Assembly (NCBI GenBank): GCA_963656825.1
Contig: CAVKJG010000003.1
Span: forward strand, 2,243 to 66,242
Length of the DNA stretch: 64,000 nucleotides
Direction of reading: 5' to 3'
Source of the DNA: Sphaerochaetaceae bacterium
GTDB lineage: Bacteria; Bacillota; Clostridia; Oscillospirales; CAG-272
This document shows positions 20,253 to 29,979 of the stretch, piece after piece. Both the position numbers and the translations under genes were made by a program. The notes beneath the pieces are model-generated. The model did no database searches. It saw nothing but the letters and a program-made list of their open reading frames with translations, and was not told where the DNA came from. How positions within the stretch are numbered: the stretch's first letter is position 1; every line of letters begins with the position of its first letter.

Positions 20253-20290
20253 ACGGTCGGAACAAATCACCGTTCCGACCGTTATTTTCT
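20253..20290 (+). terminator. intrinsic terminator after the ABC exporter
   Basis: Stem ACGGTCGGAAC / GTTCCGACCGT (20253-20263 / 20272-20282) followed by a T-rich tract. Confidence 0.6.
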
Positions 20291-20398
20291 TTGAAAAATG
20301 CACAAATAAAAACGCGAAATATCGTCGGTTACAGGGCATTTTTCAGATTACGCCCTCTGCATATCGATATATGCATAACCGATATGAAAAATCAGCAA

Positions 20399-20427
20399 TT
20401 GCATAATCGCAAAGCTTATGATAGAAT
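20399..20427 (+). promoter_or_regulatory. sigma-A-type promoter of the mdh-fumC-hdr-flx-frd operon
   Basis: TTGCAT (20399-20404), 17-nt spacer, TGaTAGAAT extended -10 (20419-20427). It is the only good promoter match I see before 11 tightly packed same-strand genes. Confidence 0.5.
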
Positions 20428-20459
20428 ATGTAAAACAATTATTTTAGGAAGGTGTTTTT

Positions 20460-21404
20460 ATGAACAAGATATCCATCATCGGAACCGGAAGCGTAGGTTC
20501 CACCATCGCATATTCCCTTGCAATTCTCGGAATGGCGTCAGAGATCGTAATGATCGACATCAACAGCGAAAAGGCTCTCGGAGAGGCGCTCGATATCAGA
20601 CAGGGTACTCCCTTCTGCAGCCCCTGCTCGATTTACGCCGGCAGCTATCCCGACGCCGCAGGCTCGAACATCGTTATTCTTACATCCGGAATAGCAAGAA
20701 AGCCCGGTCAGTCGCGTCTTGAGCTCGCTCAGACAAACGTAAACATAACAAAGAGCATCATTCCCGAGATAACAAAGCACGCTCCGGACGCAACGTACAT
20801 AATCGTAAGCAATCCGGTAGATATCCTTACTTATACGTTCCATAAGTTTTCCGATCTTCCCGAAAACCGCATAATCGGTTCGGGAACGATTCTCGATACG
20901 GCTCGTCTCCGCGCAAGACTTTCCGAATACTACAACATCAGCCAGAGCAACGTTCACGCTTACGTTTTCGGCGAGCACGGCGATTCTTCCTTTATTCCGT
21001 GGTCGGTTGCAAACATTTCGAACGTACCGATTTCAAAGTGCAACGAGCTTATATCGCTTCCCGGAATGGAAAGCCCCTCTCTCAATTTTGACGAAATAGA
21101 GCAGTACGTAAGAAAATCCGGCGGCAGAGTTATCGCGCGCAAGGGCGCAACCTTCTATGCGGTTTCGATTTCCGTATGCCACATCTGCAAGTGCCTGCTC
21201 GCAGGTATAGACACAACGATGACCGTTTCCACAATGATGCACGGCGAATACGGTATAGACGACGTGTGCCTGAGCACGCTCAATCTTGTCGGTCACGACG
21301 GAATACGCGGCAAGGTAAATATGCCTCTCACAGACGAGGAAACCGCAAAGCTCCGTTTCAGCGCGGACACGCTCAAAGACGTTATCAAAAATCTCAGCAT
21401 CTGA
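20460..21404 (+). CDS. LDH/MDH-family NAD-dependent 2-hydroxyacid dehydrogenase; LDH scaffold with Arg at the specificity position, predicted malate dehydrogenase
   Basis: 314 aa. Rossmann motif IIGTGSVGS, DTAR, GEHGDS. The segment TSGIARKPGQSRLEL aligns with LDH AGANQKPGETRLDL, so the specificity residue Gln102 is Arg here. Confidence 0.75.
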   Translation: MNKISIIGTGSVGSTIAYSLAILGMASEIVMIDINSEKALGEALDIRQGTPFCSPCSIYAGSYPDAAGSNIVILTSGIARKPGQSRLELAQTNVNITKSIIPEITKHAPDATYIIVSNPVDILTYTFHKFSDLPENRIIGSGTILDTARLRARLSEYYNISQSNVHAYVFGEHGDSSFIPWSVANISNVPISKCNELISLPGMESPSLNFDEIEQYVRKSGGRVIARKGATFYAVSISVCHICKCLLAGIDTTMTVSTMMHGEYGIDDVCLSTLNLVGHDGIRGKVNMPLTDEETAKLRFSADTLKDVIKNLSI

Positions 21405-21424
21405 GAAAAGGACGGTAAACAAAG

Positions 21425-22801
21425 ATGGAATATCGCATAGAACACGACTCCATGGGCGAGGTAAAGGTTCCCGCGGATCGCCTGTGGGCGGCGCAGACCG
21501 AAAGAAGCCATGAAAATTTCAGAATAGGCGTCGGTATAGAAACAATGCCGAGAGAAATAACCCATGCGTTCGGAATTCTCAAAAAGGCTGCCGCTATGGC
21601 AAACGCCGAGCTTAAACCCGAAAAAATGACGCAGGAAAAGCTCGCCGCAATATCGCAGGCGTGCGACGAGGTTATCTCCGGAAGCTTGAACGATCACTTC
21701 CCGCTCGTCGTATGGCAGACAGGCTCCGGCACGCAGTCGAACATGAACGCAAACGAGGTCATCGCGAACAGAGCAAATCAGATAGCGGGCTCAAAGCTCT
21801 GCCACCCCAACGACGATATAAATATGAGTCAGTCCTCAAACGACACCTTCCCCACGGCAATGCACATCTCCGCCGTAACGGCAATAGAGGATAAGCTCCT
21901 CCCCGCGATAGAAACGCTTACAGCCACATTCAGACGTCTTGAAGAAGAAAACGAGGGCATAGTAAAATCCGGAAGAACGCATCTTCAGGACGCAACGCCG
22001 ATTAAATTCAGTCAGGAGATTTCCGGCTGGAGATCGAGCCTTGAAAAAGACGCCGAGCTTCTCCGCATTGCGGTAAAGCCGCTTTACGAGCTTGCTCTCG
22101 GCGGAACGGCTGTCGGCACGGGACTCAACGCCCCCAAAGGCTTTGCCGAGCTTGTCGCCGCAAAGGTGGCGCTGCTCACAGGAAAGCCCTTTGTGACAGC
22201 CGAAAACAAATTCCACGCTCTCACCTCAAAGGACGAGCTTGTATTTGCTCACGGCGCGATAAAGGCAACCGCCTGCGATATGATGAAAATCGCAAACGAC
22301 GTCCGCTGGCTCGCTTCGGGTCCGCGCGACGGTCTTGGCGAAATACACATTCCCGAAAACGAGCCCGGCTCATCCATAATGCCGGGAAAGGTAAATCCCA
22401 CGCAGTGCGAAGCTGTCACGATGGTCGCCGTTCAGGTTATGGGCAACGATGTAGCCGTAGGAATGGCTGCGTCGCAGGGAAACTTCGAGCTCAACGTTTT
22501 CATGCCCGTTGCGGCATACAACTTCCTGCAATCAGCGCGTCTGCTTGCCGAAGCGATAATTTCCTTCAACGTAAACTGCGCCGTCGGCATTACGGCAAAC
22601 AAAGAAAAAATGTATCACAATCTGCACAATTCGCTCATGCTCGTTACGGCGCTCAATCCCTACATAGGTTATGAAAACGCCGCAAAAACCGCAAAGAAAG
22701 CCTTCAAGGACAATATCTCCTTAAAGCAGGCATGCGTCGAGCTCGGATTTCTTACCGCGGAAAAATTCGACGAGGTATTCCATCCCGAACAGATGGTCTG
22801 A
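21425..22801 (+). CDS. fumC: class II fumarate hydratase
   Basis: 458 aa with the signature GSSIMPGKVNPTQCEA, which is the FumC variant rather than the AspA variant. Confidence 0.85.
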   Translation: MEYRIEHDSMGEVKVPADRLWAAQTERSHENFRIGVGIETMPREITHAFGILKKAAAMANAELKPEKMTQEKLAAISQACDEVISGSLNDHFPLVVWQTGSGTQSNMNANEVIANRANQIAGSKLCHPNDDINMSQSSNDTFPTAMHISAVTAIEDKLLPAIETLTATFRRLEEENEGIVKSGRTHLQDATPIKFSQEISGWRSSLEKDAELLRIAVKPLYELALGGTAVGTGLNAPKGFAELVAAKVALLTGKPFVTAENKFHALTSKDELVFAHGAIKATACDMMKIANDVRWLASGPRDGLGEIHIPENEPGSSIMPGKVNPTQCEAVTMVAVQVMGNDVAVGMAASQGNFELNVFMPVAAYNFLQSARLLAEAIISFNVNCAVGITANKEKMYHNLHNSLMLVTALNPYIGYENAAKTAKKAFKDNISLKQACVELGFLTAEKFDEVFHPEQMV

Positions 22802-22819
22802 TATCGAACGGAGGTAAAT

Positions 22820-23626
22820 ATGAAGGTAAGTTATTTTCCCGGCTGCACCCTCAAAACCAAAGCGAAGGACCTTGATCTTTACGCACGCAAAAGCGCCGAA
22901 AAGCTCGGCGTTGAGCTGTGCGAAACAGAGAATTGGCAATGCTGCGGAGGCGTTTTCGTCAGCGCAAAGGACGAAATAGCCACAAAGCTGTCAAGCGTGC
23001 GTGCGCTTGCTTCCGCGCGCGACGCGGAAATGCCGCTTGTAACGGTGTGTTCAGCCTGTCATAACGTAATAAAACAAACAAATGCCGCCATGCGAACGGA
23101 TAAGGATTTTGCCGACAAGGTAAATCTTTATATGTCGCAGGACAAAAACCCTGCCGCCGCTTATCACGGCGAGACGGCTGTCTATCATTATCTTGAGCTT
23201 CTTCGCGACACGGTCGGCTTCGACAAAATAAAGGAAGCCGTGACGCGTCCGCTCACAGGCAAGAAAATCGCCGCATATTACGGCTGTATGCTTCTCCGCC
23301 CGAGCAAGGTGATGCGCTTCGACGATCCCGAAAATCCGAGCATTATGGAGGATTTTATAAGAGCGCTCGGCGCAGAGCCGGTTATTTATCCGCACAGAAA
23401 TGAATGCTGCGGCGGATATGTGGCGCTTGAAGACGCAGACTCCGCAAGAAAAAAGAGTCTTTCCGTAAGCAATGACGCCGCAGATCACGGAGCGGAGCTT
23501 ATAGTTACGGCTTGTCCGCTGTGCAAGTACAATCTTGTCAAAAACGAAAGCCGGATTCCCGTTGTATACTTTACCGAACTGCTCGCGGAAGCGCTCGGCA
23601 TAAAGGAGGATAAAAATGCAGAATAA
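22820..23626 (+). CDS. HdrB-like CCG-domain protein (heterodisulfide reductase subunit B / SdhE / TfrB C-terminal type)
   Basis: 268 aa with two CCG domains: FPGCTLK...NWQCCGG...CSACHN and YYGCMLL...NECCGG...CPLCKYN. Confidence 0.8.
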   Translation: MKVSYFPGCTLKTKAKDLDLYARKSAEKLGVELCETENWQCCGGVFVSAKDEIATKLSSVRALASARDAEMPLVTVCSACHNVIKQTNAAMRTDKDFADKVNLYMSQDKNPAAAYHGETAVYHYLELLRDTVGFDKIKEAVTRPLTGKKIAAYYGCMLLRPSKVMRFDDPENPSIMEDFIRALGAEPVIYPHRNECCGGYVALEDADSARKKSLSVSNDAADHGAELIVTACPLCKYNLVKNESRIPVVYFTELLAEALGIKEDKNAE

Positions 23627-24008
23627 AACAGAGCTTTTGCGCGAACAGGTTCTCCGCATAAGCGGCGTAAACCCCAGAAAGTGCATGCGCTGCGGAAAGT
23701 GCTCGGCAACCTGCCCGTCCTATGACGAAATGGAATATCATCCTCATCAGTTCGTTTATATGGCCGAAAACGGCGATATCGAAACCCTGATGAAATCGCC
23801 GTCCGTTTATAAATGTCTTTCATGCTTTGCCTGCGTTGACCGTTGCCCGAGAGGCGTGGAGCCGGCAAAGCTTATAGAAGCCGTCCGTCTTTGCGTCATA
23901 CGCGAAAAGGGCGGCGACAGAATGACGGCAGACGATATTCCCTCCCGCATAGACGAGGACACGCCTCAGCAGGCGATCGTAAGCGCAATGAGAAAATATT
24001 CAAAATAA
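23616..24008 (+). CDS. HdrC-like 2x[4Fe-4S] ferredoxin subunit
   Basis: 130 aa with CMRCGKCSATCP and CLSCFACVDRCP. The start overlaps the hdrB-like stop by 11 nt. Confidence 0.75.
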   Translation: MQNKTELLREQVLRISGVNPRKCMRCGKCSATCPSYDEMEYHPHQFVYMAENGDIETLMKSPSVYKCLSCFACVDRCPRGVEPAKLIEAVRLCVIREKGGDRMTADDIPSRIDEDTPQQAIVSAMRKYSK

Positions 24009-24027
24009 AGAAAGGAGAAAACATCAA

Positions 24028-26022
24028 ATGCAGAGAATCGGAGTTTTTGTCTGCCATTGCGGCACCAACATTGCCGGCACGGTAGACGTAAAAGCCGTGG
24101 CAGAAGCGCTGAAAAACGAACAGGGCGTTGTTTTCTCCACGGATTATCAGTATATGTGTTCCCAATCGGGACAAAACATAATAAAGGAAGCAATCGCAGA
24201 GCATCACCTGACAGGTATCGTCGTTTGCTCCTGCTCGCCGCGTATGCACGAAGCAACCTTCCGCAAAACGGCAGCTTCCGCAGGACTCAATCCCTATATG
24301 GTTGAGATAGCGAATATCCGCGAGCAATGCTCGTGGGTGCATAAGGACATGCCTATAGGCACGGAAAAAGCAATAATTCTTGCAAAGGCAGCCGTGGCAA
24401 AGGTAAATCTCAACGCTCCGCTCACCCCCGGAGAAAGCCCCGTGACAAAGCGCGCGCTCGTTATCGGCGGCGGTATCGCCGGCATACAGACGGCGCTTGA
24501 CATTGCCGACGCAGGCTTCCCCGTCGATATAGTCGAAACAAAGCCGACAATCGGCGGAAAAATGGCTCAGCTCGACAAAACCTTCCCCACTCTCGACTGC
24601 GCGGCATGTATTCTCACACCGAAAATGGTTGACGTGGCTCAAAACGAAAAAATACGCGTTTTCTCGTATTCCGAGGTGACCGACGTAAAGGGCTTTGTAG
24701 GCAATTTTGATGTAACGATAAAACGCAAGGCTCGCTACGTAAAGGAGGATATCTGCACCGGCTGCGGACTCTGCACGGAAAAATGTCCGCAGAAAAAAGT
24801 CCCGAACGAATTCAATCTCGGAATGGACAACCGTCACGCAATATATATTCCCTTTGCGCAGGCTGTGCCGAAGGTCGCAACAATCGACCCGAATTACTGC
24901 ACAATGCTGAAAACAGGCAAATGCGGCGTATGCTCAAAGGTCTGTTCCGCAGGCGCTATCGATTACACCGCAAAGGACGAATTCATCGAAGAAAAATACG
25001 GCGCTATCGTCGTTGCGACGGGCTTCAATCCCATTTCAATGGAGAAATTCGACGAATTCGCATATTCGCAGTCAAAGGACGTCATCACCTCGCTTGAGCT
25101 TGAACGTCTTATGAACGCCGCAGGTCCTACGGGCGGCACGCTTCTCCGTCCGTCCGACGGCAAGCATCCGCACACGATAGTTTTTGTTCAGTGTGTAGGC
25201 TCGCGCTGTGCGGCTTGCGCCGAAAAGGGCAAGGAATATTGCTCAAAAATATGCTGTATGTACACGGCAAAGCACGCCATGCTCATACGCGACAAATATC
25301 CCGACACGGATGTATATGTTTTCTATATAGACGTCCGCACGCCCGGAAAGAACTTCGACGAATTCTATCGCCGCGCGGTTGAGGAATACGGAGTTCACTA
25401 CATAAAGGGTATGGTCGGAAAGGTATGCCCCGACGGCGACAAGCTTAAAGTTCAGGGCTCGGATCTCATCTACGGAAAACAGATCCATATCGACGCCGAC
25501 CTCGTCGTTCTTGCGGCGGCTATCGAGCCGGATAAATCCGCAAGACACCTTGCGACGCTTCTTACGGCAAGCATGGACACAAACGACTTCTTCACGGAGG
25601 CGCATCCCAAGCTCCGTCCCGTTGAAAGTCCGACGGCTGGCGTGTTCCTTTCGGGAACATGTCAGGGACCGAAGGATATTCCCGAAACGGTCGCTCAGGC
25701 AGGAGCCGCGGCTTCAAAGGTTATCGGACTTCTCTGCAAGGACAAGCTGACGGGTAACCCCTGCGTCGCTCACTCGGACGAGATGATGTGCAACGGCTGT
25801 TCGACCTGCGAAAAGGTCTGCCCGTACGGTGCGATTTCGTATATCGACAAGGAATTCCGTATGCCCGACAGAACGACAAAGCTTCGCCGCGTGGCAGTCG
25901 TAAACGAGGCTGTATGTCAGGGCTGCGGCGCATGTACGGTCGCCTGTATGTCCGGCGCAATGGATCTGAAAGGATTTTCAAGCAAACAAATTATGGCGGA
26001 GGTTGACGCAATATGCAAGTAA
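24028..26022 (+). CDS. HdrA-like FAD / Fe-S subunit (heterodisulfide reductase subunit A family, bifurcating-flavin type)
   Basis: 664 aa. N-terminal cluster motif (VCHCGTNIAG), FAD fold (LVIGGGIAGIQTALDIA), an inserted ferredoxin domain and a C-terminal one (CTGCGLCTEKCP, CGVCSKVCS, CNGCSTCEKVCP, CQGCGACTVAC). Confidence 0.8.
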   Translation: MQRIGVFVCHCGTNIAGTVDVKAVAEALKNEQGVVFSTDYQYMCSQSGQNIIKEAIAEHHLTGIVVCSCSPRMHEATFRKTAASAGLNPYMVEIANIREQCSWVHKDMPIGTEKAIILAKAAVAKVNLNAPLTPGESPVTKRALVIGGGIAGIQTALDIADAGFPVDIVETKPTIGGKMAQLDKTFPTLDCAACILTPKMVDVAQNEKIRVFSYSEVTDVKGFVGNFDVTIKRKARYVKEDICTGCGLCTEKCPQKKVPNEFNLGMDNRHAIYIPFAQAVPKVATIDPNYCTMLKTGKCGVCSKVCSAGAIDYTAKDEFIEEKYGAIVVATGFNPISMEKFDEFAYSQSKDVITSLELERLMNAAGPTGGTLLRPSDGKHPHTIVFVQCVGSRCAACAEKGKEYCSKICCMYTAKHAMLIRDKYPDTDVYVFYIDVRTPGKNFDEFYRRAVEEYGVHYIKGMVGKVCPDGDKLKVQGSDLIYGKQIHIDADLVVLAAAIEPDKSARHLATLLTASMDTNDFFTEAHPKLRPVESPTAGVFLSGTCQGPKDIPETVAQAGAAASKVIGLLCKDKLTGNPCVAHSDEMMCNGCSTCEKVCPYGAISYIDKEFRMPDRTTKLRRVAVVNEAVCQGCGACTVACMSGAMDLKGFSSKQIMAEVDAICK

Positions 26023-26447
26023 ATGAATATAAGCCCCTTATCGTAGCGTTTTGCTGTAACTGGTGTTCATATGCCGGCGCAGACCTTGCGGGAAACAACC
26101 GATTGAGCTATCCCGCCGACGTAAAGATAATTCGCGTTCCCTGCTCATGCAGAGTAAACCCGATGTTCATTCTCCGCGCTTTTCAGAGAGGCGCGGACGG
26201 AGTTATAATCTGCGGCTGCCATCCCGGCGATTGCCATTACACCTCCGGAAACTACTATACGCGCAGACGTATGGCTCTGCTTTTCTCGATGCTCGACTAT
26301 CTCGGCATTGAAAGAGAAAGAACCCGCGTCGAATGGGTATCTGCGGCGGAGGGCGCAAAATTCGCCGCAACAATGAACGATTTTGCAACAAAAGTCGCCG
26401 CGCTCGGCGAAAACAAGAGATTGGAGGACTTAAGATGCAAGAAATAA
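26013..26447 (+). CDS. MvhD/FlxD-like Fe-S protein (methyl-viologen-reducing hydrogenase delta subunit family)
   Basis: 144 aa with FCCNWCSYAGADLAG ... VPCSCRV ... IICGCHPGDCHY. Overlaps the hdrA stop. Confidence 0.8.
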   Translation: MQVNEYKPLIVAFCCNWCSYAGADLAGNNRLSYPADVKIIRVPCSCRVNPMFILRAFQRGADGVIICGCHPGDCHYTSGNYYTRRRMALLFSMLDYLGIERERTRVEWVSAAEGAKFAATMNDFATKVAALGENKRLEDLRCKK

Positions 26448-27427
26448 ATCGTGCGGCTTTGATAAAAAGAGCGTCCGAGCTGCTTTCGGACGGCACTGCT
26501 GACAGAGTTCTCGGCTGGAAGGCAGGCGAATTCGACTATGATGTCACTCCTGCGGTTTTCAACAGCTCCGAGGAGCTTGAAAAAGATTTTGTATGGGGCG
26601 ATTTCTGCGGCGCAAACTTTTCAAAATATCTCATAAAAGAAACACAGAAGGGCGATGGAAAGGTGCTTGTTTTTCTCAAGCCCTGCGACACATACAGCTT
26701 CAATCAGCTTCTTACCGAGCATCGCTTCGACCGTGAAAAGGTCTATGTCGTGGGTATTCCTTGCGACGGCATGCTCGACGTTACAAAGATAAAATCGCTT
26801 GCCGACGGTATTTCGTCGGTTAAAAGCGAGGGCGACACCGTAAAGATAGAAACCCTTTACGACGGTACGATCTCCGGAAAAAGAGCAGAGCTTCTTTCCG
26901 ACAGATGCGTTCACTGCAAGTCCAAAAAGCACGTTTCCTACGACGAGCTTCTCGGCGATGACGGAGACGTTCTCGACAGCGGACGCTTCGACGAGGTTGA
27001 AAAAATAGAAAAAATGACACCGGACGAGCGCTTTGCGTTCTGGCAGGGAGAGCTTTCCCGCTGTATACGCTGCAACGCCTGCCGCGACGTCTGCCCTGCC
27101 TGCACCTGCGAAAAGTGCGTTTTCGACAATCCCGATTCGGGCGTTGAAAACAAGGCTGCGGCAAACTCCTTTGAGGACAGTATGTTCCACATCATCCGCG
27201 CGTTCCACGTTGTCGGAAGATGCACGGACTGCGGCGAATGCTCAAGAGTATGTCCTCAGCACATACCGCTTCATCTTCTCAACCGCAAGTTCATAAAGGA
27301 TATAGATAATTTTTACGGCGAATATCAGGCAGGAGAAACGGTAGGAAGCCGCGCTCCGATAGTGAACTATTCACAGGATGATATAGAGCCGGCAAAAGCT
27401 GTGGAAAGAGGTGGCGACAATGCGTAA
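26435..27427 (+). CDS. FlxC-like (AsrA/HydB-like) iron-sulfur protein
   Basis: The ORF track starts at 26333 inside mvhD. ATG 26435 (MQEINRAAL) has a GGAGG RBS. Fe-S motifs: CIRCNACRDVCPACTCEKC and CTDCGECSRVCP. Confidence 0.65.
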   Translation: MQEINRAALIKRASELLSDGTADRVLGWKAGEFDYDVTPAVFNSSEELEKDFVWGDFCGANFSKYLIKETQKGDGKVLVFLKPCDTYSFNQLLTEHRFDREKVYVVGIPCDGMLDVTKIKSLADGISSVKSEGDTVKIETLYDGTISGKRAELLSDRCVHCKSKKHVSYDELLGDDGDVLDSGRFDEVEKIEKMTPDERFAFWQGELSRCIRCNACRDVCPACTCEKCVFDNPDSGVENKAAANSFEDSMFHIIRAFHVVGRCTDCGECSRVCPQHIPLHLLNRKFIKDIDNFYGEYQAGETVGSRAPIVNYSQDDIEPAKAVERGGDNA

Positions 27428-28445
27428 AATATCGCTTGACAAGCTGAATTCGCTTTTCTCCGCCATAGCGGAAAATGAAACGCTTTATCTGCCCGTCGAT
27501 ACAAAAGCGGGCGCAAGCTATGAAAAATGGCACGACGGCGCAGTCCTTTCGGACGCGCTCAACACCGTAAGAAGCGCAAAGGATTTCTTCTTTCCGCAGA
27601 CGGAAAATCTTATGGATTTCAAGGTTGAAGGAAAGAATATTGAAATTATCGATACAAGAGAGGAATGCGAGGATTTCGTTATTTTCGGAGTGCGCGCATG
27701 CGACGTCAAGAGCTTTGAGGTTCTCGACAGAGTTTTCCTTTCCGAGCCTGTTGACAGCTACTACAAAAACCGTCGCGAGCACGGCGTTATAATGTCGCTC
27801 GCCTGCACAAAACCGCACGAAACGTGCTTCTGCGGCACTTTCGGCATAGACGCTTCGTCGCCTGAAGGCGATATCGTCTGCCACAAGACAGATGACGCCC
27901 TCTATATGGACGCAAAGACCGAAAAGGGCGAAGCTCTTCTTTCAAGGCTTTCTGCCGTTACGGAAGAAACCGACGATAAAGCCGTTGAAGAACAGAAGAA
28001 AGTCACAAAGGAGAGACTTGCAAGGCTCCCGCTCGCAAGCCTTTCGGCGGACAGCTTCGGCGCCGGCAAAACAGAAGAGTTCTTCGGCGCTCCCGAATGG
28101 AAGGAGCTTTCTCAGTCATGTCTCGGATGCGGAACATGCACGTTCGTATGCCCCACTTGTCAGTGCTACGATATAAAGGATTTCAACACAGGTCACGGAG
28201 TAAAGCGTTTCCGCTGCTGGGACTCGTGCATGTATTCGGACTTTACAAAAATGTCCGCAGGTCAGCCGAGACTTACTCAGCTTGAACGCTTCCGTCAGAG
28301 ATTTATGCATAAACTTGTGTATTATCCCACAAACAACGACGGACTTTTCTCGTGCGTCGGCTGCGGCAGATGTATTTCAAAATGTCCCATTCAGATGAAT
28401 ATTGTAAAGGTAATGAAAAAGCTGGGAGGAAACAAAAATGATTGA
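27420..28445 (+). CDS. FlxB-like (anaerobic sulfite reductase AsrA-like) iron-sulfur protein
   Basis: ATG 27420 (MRKISLDKL) is preceded by GAGGTG; the track lists GTG 27411. Fe-S motifs: CLGCGTCTFVCPTCQCYD and CVGCGRCISKCP. Confidence 0.65.
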   Translation: MRKISLDKLNSLFSAIAENETLYLPVDTKAGASYEKWHDGAVLSDALNTVRSAKDFFFPQTENLMDFKVEGKNIEIIDTREECEDFVIFGVRACDVKSFEVLDRVFLSEPVDSYYKNRREHGVIMSLACTKPHETCFCGTFGIDASSPEGDIVCHKTDDALYMDAKTEKGEALLSRLSAVTEETDDKAVEEQKKVTKERLARLPLASLSADSFGAGKTEEFFGAPEWKELSQSCLGCGTCTFVCPTCQCYDIKDFNTGHGVKRFRCWDSCMYSDFTKMSAGQPRLTQLERFRQRFMHKLVYYPTNNDGLFSCVGCGRCISKCPIQMNIVKVMKKLGGNKND

Positions 28446-29271
28446 TGTAAAAGAACCTCTTATCCCCAAAATAGGCGTCGTTACCGATATACGCATAGAC
28501 ACTCCCGACGTAAAGACATTCAGAGTTGTGACACCCGACGGCAAAAAAGCCTTTGAGCATAAGCCCGGTCAGTGCGCGATGCTTTCGATTCCCGGCGTGG
28601 GAGAAGCGATGTTTTCAATAACCTCCTCGCCGACAAACGAAGAATTTATGGAATTTTCCATTAAAAAATGCGGCTGCGTCACAAAGTGGCTTCACTCAAT
28701 GGAGGTAGGTCAGCAGATAACGATAAGAGGACCCTACGGAAGACCCTTCCCCGTGGATACGGAATTTGTCGGTCACGATATGCTCTTTATCGCGGGCGGT
28801 ATCGGACTTGCTCCGCTCCGCTCGGTAATAAACTACTGCCGTCACTACCGCGACCGCTACGGAAAGATAGACATAGTCTACGGATCACGTAGCATGCAGG
28901 ACCTTGTCGATTACAAAGAAATAATCGACGAATGGGCAAATGACGCCGGCGTGACCGTTCATCTGACGATCGACCGCGAACAGCCCGAATGGTCGGGACA
29001 CGTCGGATTTGTGCCGAACTATGTAAAAGAACTCGGATTTTCTCCGGACAAAATTGCTATTCTCTGCGGTCCTCCGATAATGATCAAGTTCACCCTTGCG
29101 GGACTTACAGAGCTCGGCTTTGAAAAAACCCAGGTCTACACAACGCTTGAGCTTCGTATGAAATGCGGAATAGGCAAGTGCGGAAGATGCAACGTCGGAG
29201 CAAAATATGTCTGCAAGGACGGACCTGTATTCCGTCTTGACGAGCTTGACGAGCTTCCGAATGAATATTGA
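28438..29271 (+). CDS. FlxA-like (AsrB / hydrogenase gamma / PyrK-like) FAD-NAD(P)H oxidoreductase with C-terminal 2Fe-2S
   Basis: 277 aa. FNR-like fold (PGQCAMLSIPG...ITSSP, LFIAGGIGLAPL) and a C-terminal cluster (CGIGKCGRCNVG...VCKDGPVF). Confidence 0.7.
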   Translation: MIDVKEPLIPKIGVVTDIRIDTPDVKTFRVVTPDGKKAFEHKPGQCAMLSIPGVGEAMFSITSSPTNEEFMEFSIKKCGCVTKWLHSMEVGQQITIRGPYGRPFPVDTEFVGHDMLFIAGGIGLAPLRSVINYCRHYRDRYGKIDIVYGSRSMQDLVDYKEIIDEWANDAGVTVHLTIDREQPEWSGHVGFVPNYVKELGFSPDKIAILCGPPIMIKFTLAGLTELGFEKTQVYTTLELRMKCGIGKCGRCNVGAKYVCKDGPVFRLDELDELPNEY

Positions 29272-29290
29272 TAAAAAGGAGATATACAGC

Positions 29291-29965
29291 ATGGAAAATA
29301 TGGTTGATATATATTTGTTCGGCAAGAAATATTCCGTTCCGGACGATCTGACTATAATGCGCGCAATGGAATATGCGGGATATCAGCTTGTGCGCGGCTG
29401 CGGATGCCGTAACGGCTTCTGCGGAGCGTGCGCGACTATTTACCGCATAAAAGGCGACAGAACTCTTCGCACCTGTCTTGCCTGTCAGACGAAGGTTGAA
29501 AACAATATGTATATTGCGACTCTTCCCTTCTTCCCGCTCATAAAGCAGGTTTACGACATTGAAAAAATAAAGCCCACAGAGCAGATAATGATGCAGCTTT
29601 ATCCCGAAATATACGCCTGCGTAGGCTGTAACGCCTGCACAAAGGCTTGTCCGCAGGGATTAAACGTTATGCAGTACATCGCATACGCTCAGCGCGGCGA
29701 ATATGAAAAATGCGCCGAAGAATCGTTTGACTGCGTTATGTGCGGAATATGCTCGTCGCGTTGTCCTGCCGGAATATCTCATCCGCAGGTGGCAATGCTC
29801 GCGCGCCGACTGAACGGCAAATATCTCGCGCCGAAGTCCGAGCATCTTGAAAATCGCGTAAAAGAGATAAAGGACGGCACATTTACGGAGCTTATAGAAG
29901 CGCTTATGGGCAAGCCCGTGGAGGAGCTCAAAGAGCTTTACAACAACAGAGATATTGAAAAATAA
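29291..29965 (+). CDS. FrdB/SdhB-like iron-sulfur subunit (2Fe-2S plus two 4Fe-4S motifs)
   Basis: ATG 29291 (MENMVDIYLFGKKY) has an AAGGAG RBS; the track lists an upstream start at 29207. Motifs: CGCRNGFCGAC...CLAC, then CVGCNACTKACP and CVMCGICSSRCP. Confidence 0.7.
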   Translation: MENMVDIYLFGKKYSVPDDLTIMRAMEYAGYQLVRGCGCRNGFCGACATIYRIKGDRTLRTCLACQTKVENNMYIATLPFFPLIKQVYDIEKIKPTEQIMMQLYPEIYACVGCNACTKACPQGLNVMQYIAYAQRGEYEKCAEESFDCVMCGICSSRCPAGISHPQVAMLARRLNGKYLAPKSEHLENRVKEIKDGTFTELIEALMGKPVEELKELYNNRDIEK

Positions 29966-29979
29966 GGAGGGCGGAAAGA

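Noticed and set aside
20253-20282. Similarity between terminator hairpins at 20253-20282 and 36261-36285 (GGTCGGAAC...GTTCCGACC)
   Set aside because: Only about 10 nt of stem are shared. This is probably convergent GC-rich terminator stems, and there is not enough to call a repeat family.
26333-26434. N-terminal extension of the FlxC-like ORF listed in the track (start 26333)
   Set aside because: The extension overlaps the mvhD-like gene in another frame and is Arg-rich nonsense. ATG 26435 has a GGAGG RBS at proper spacing.
24028-26447. Selenocysteine (in-frame TGA) in the HdrA or MvhD homologs, as occurs in some organisms
   Set aside because: Both ORFs are uninterrupted and carry Cys at the cluster positions. 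No in-frame TGA or split ORF is seen.
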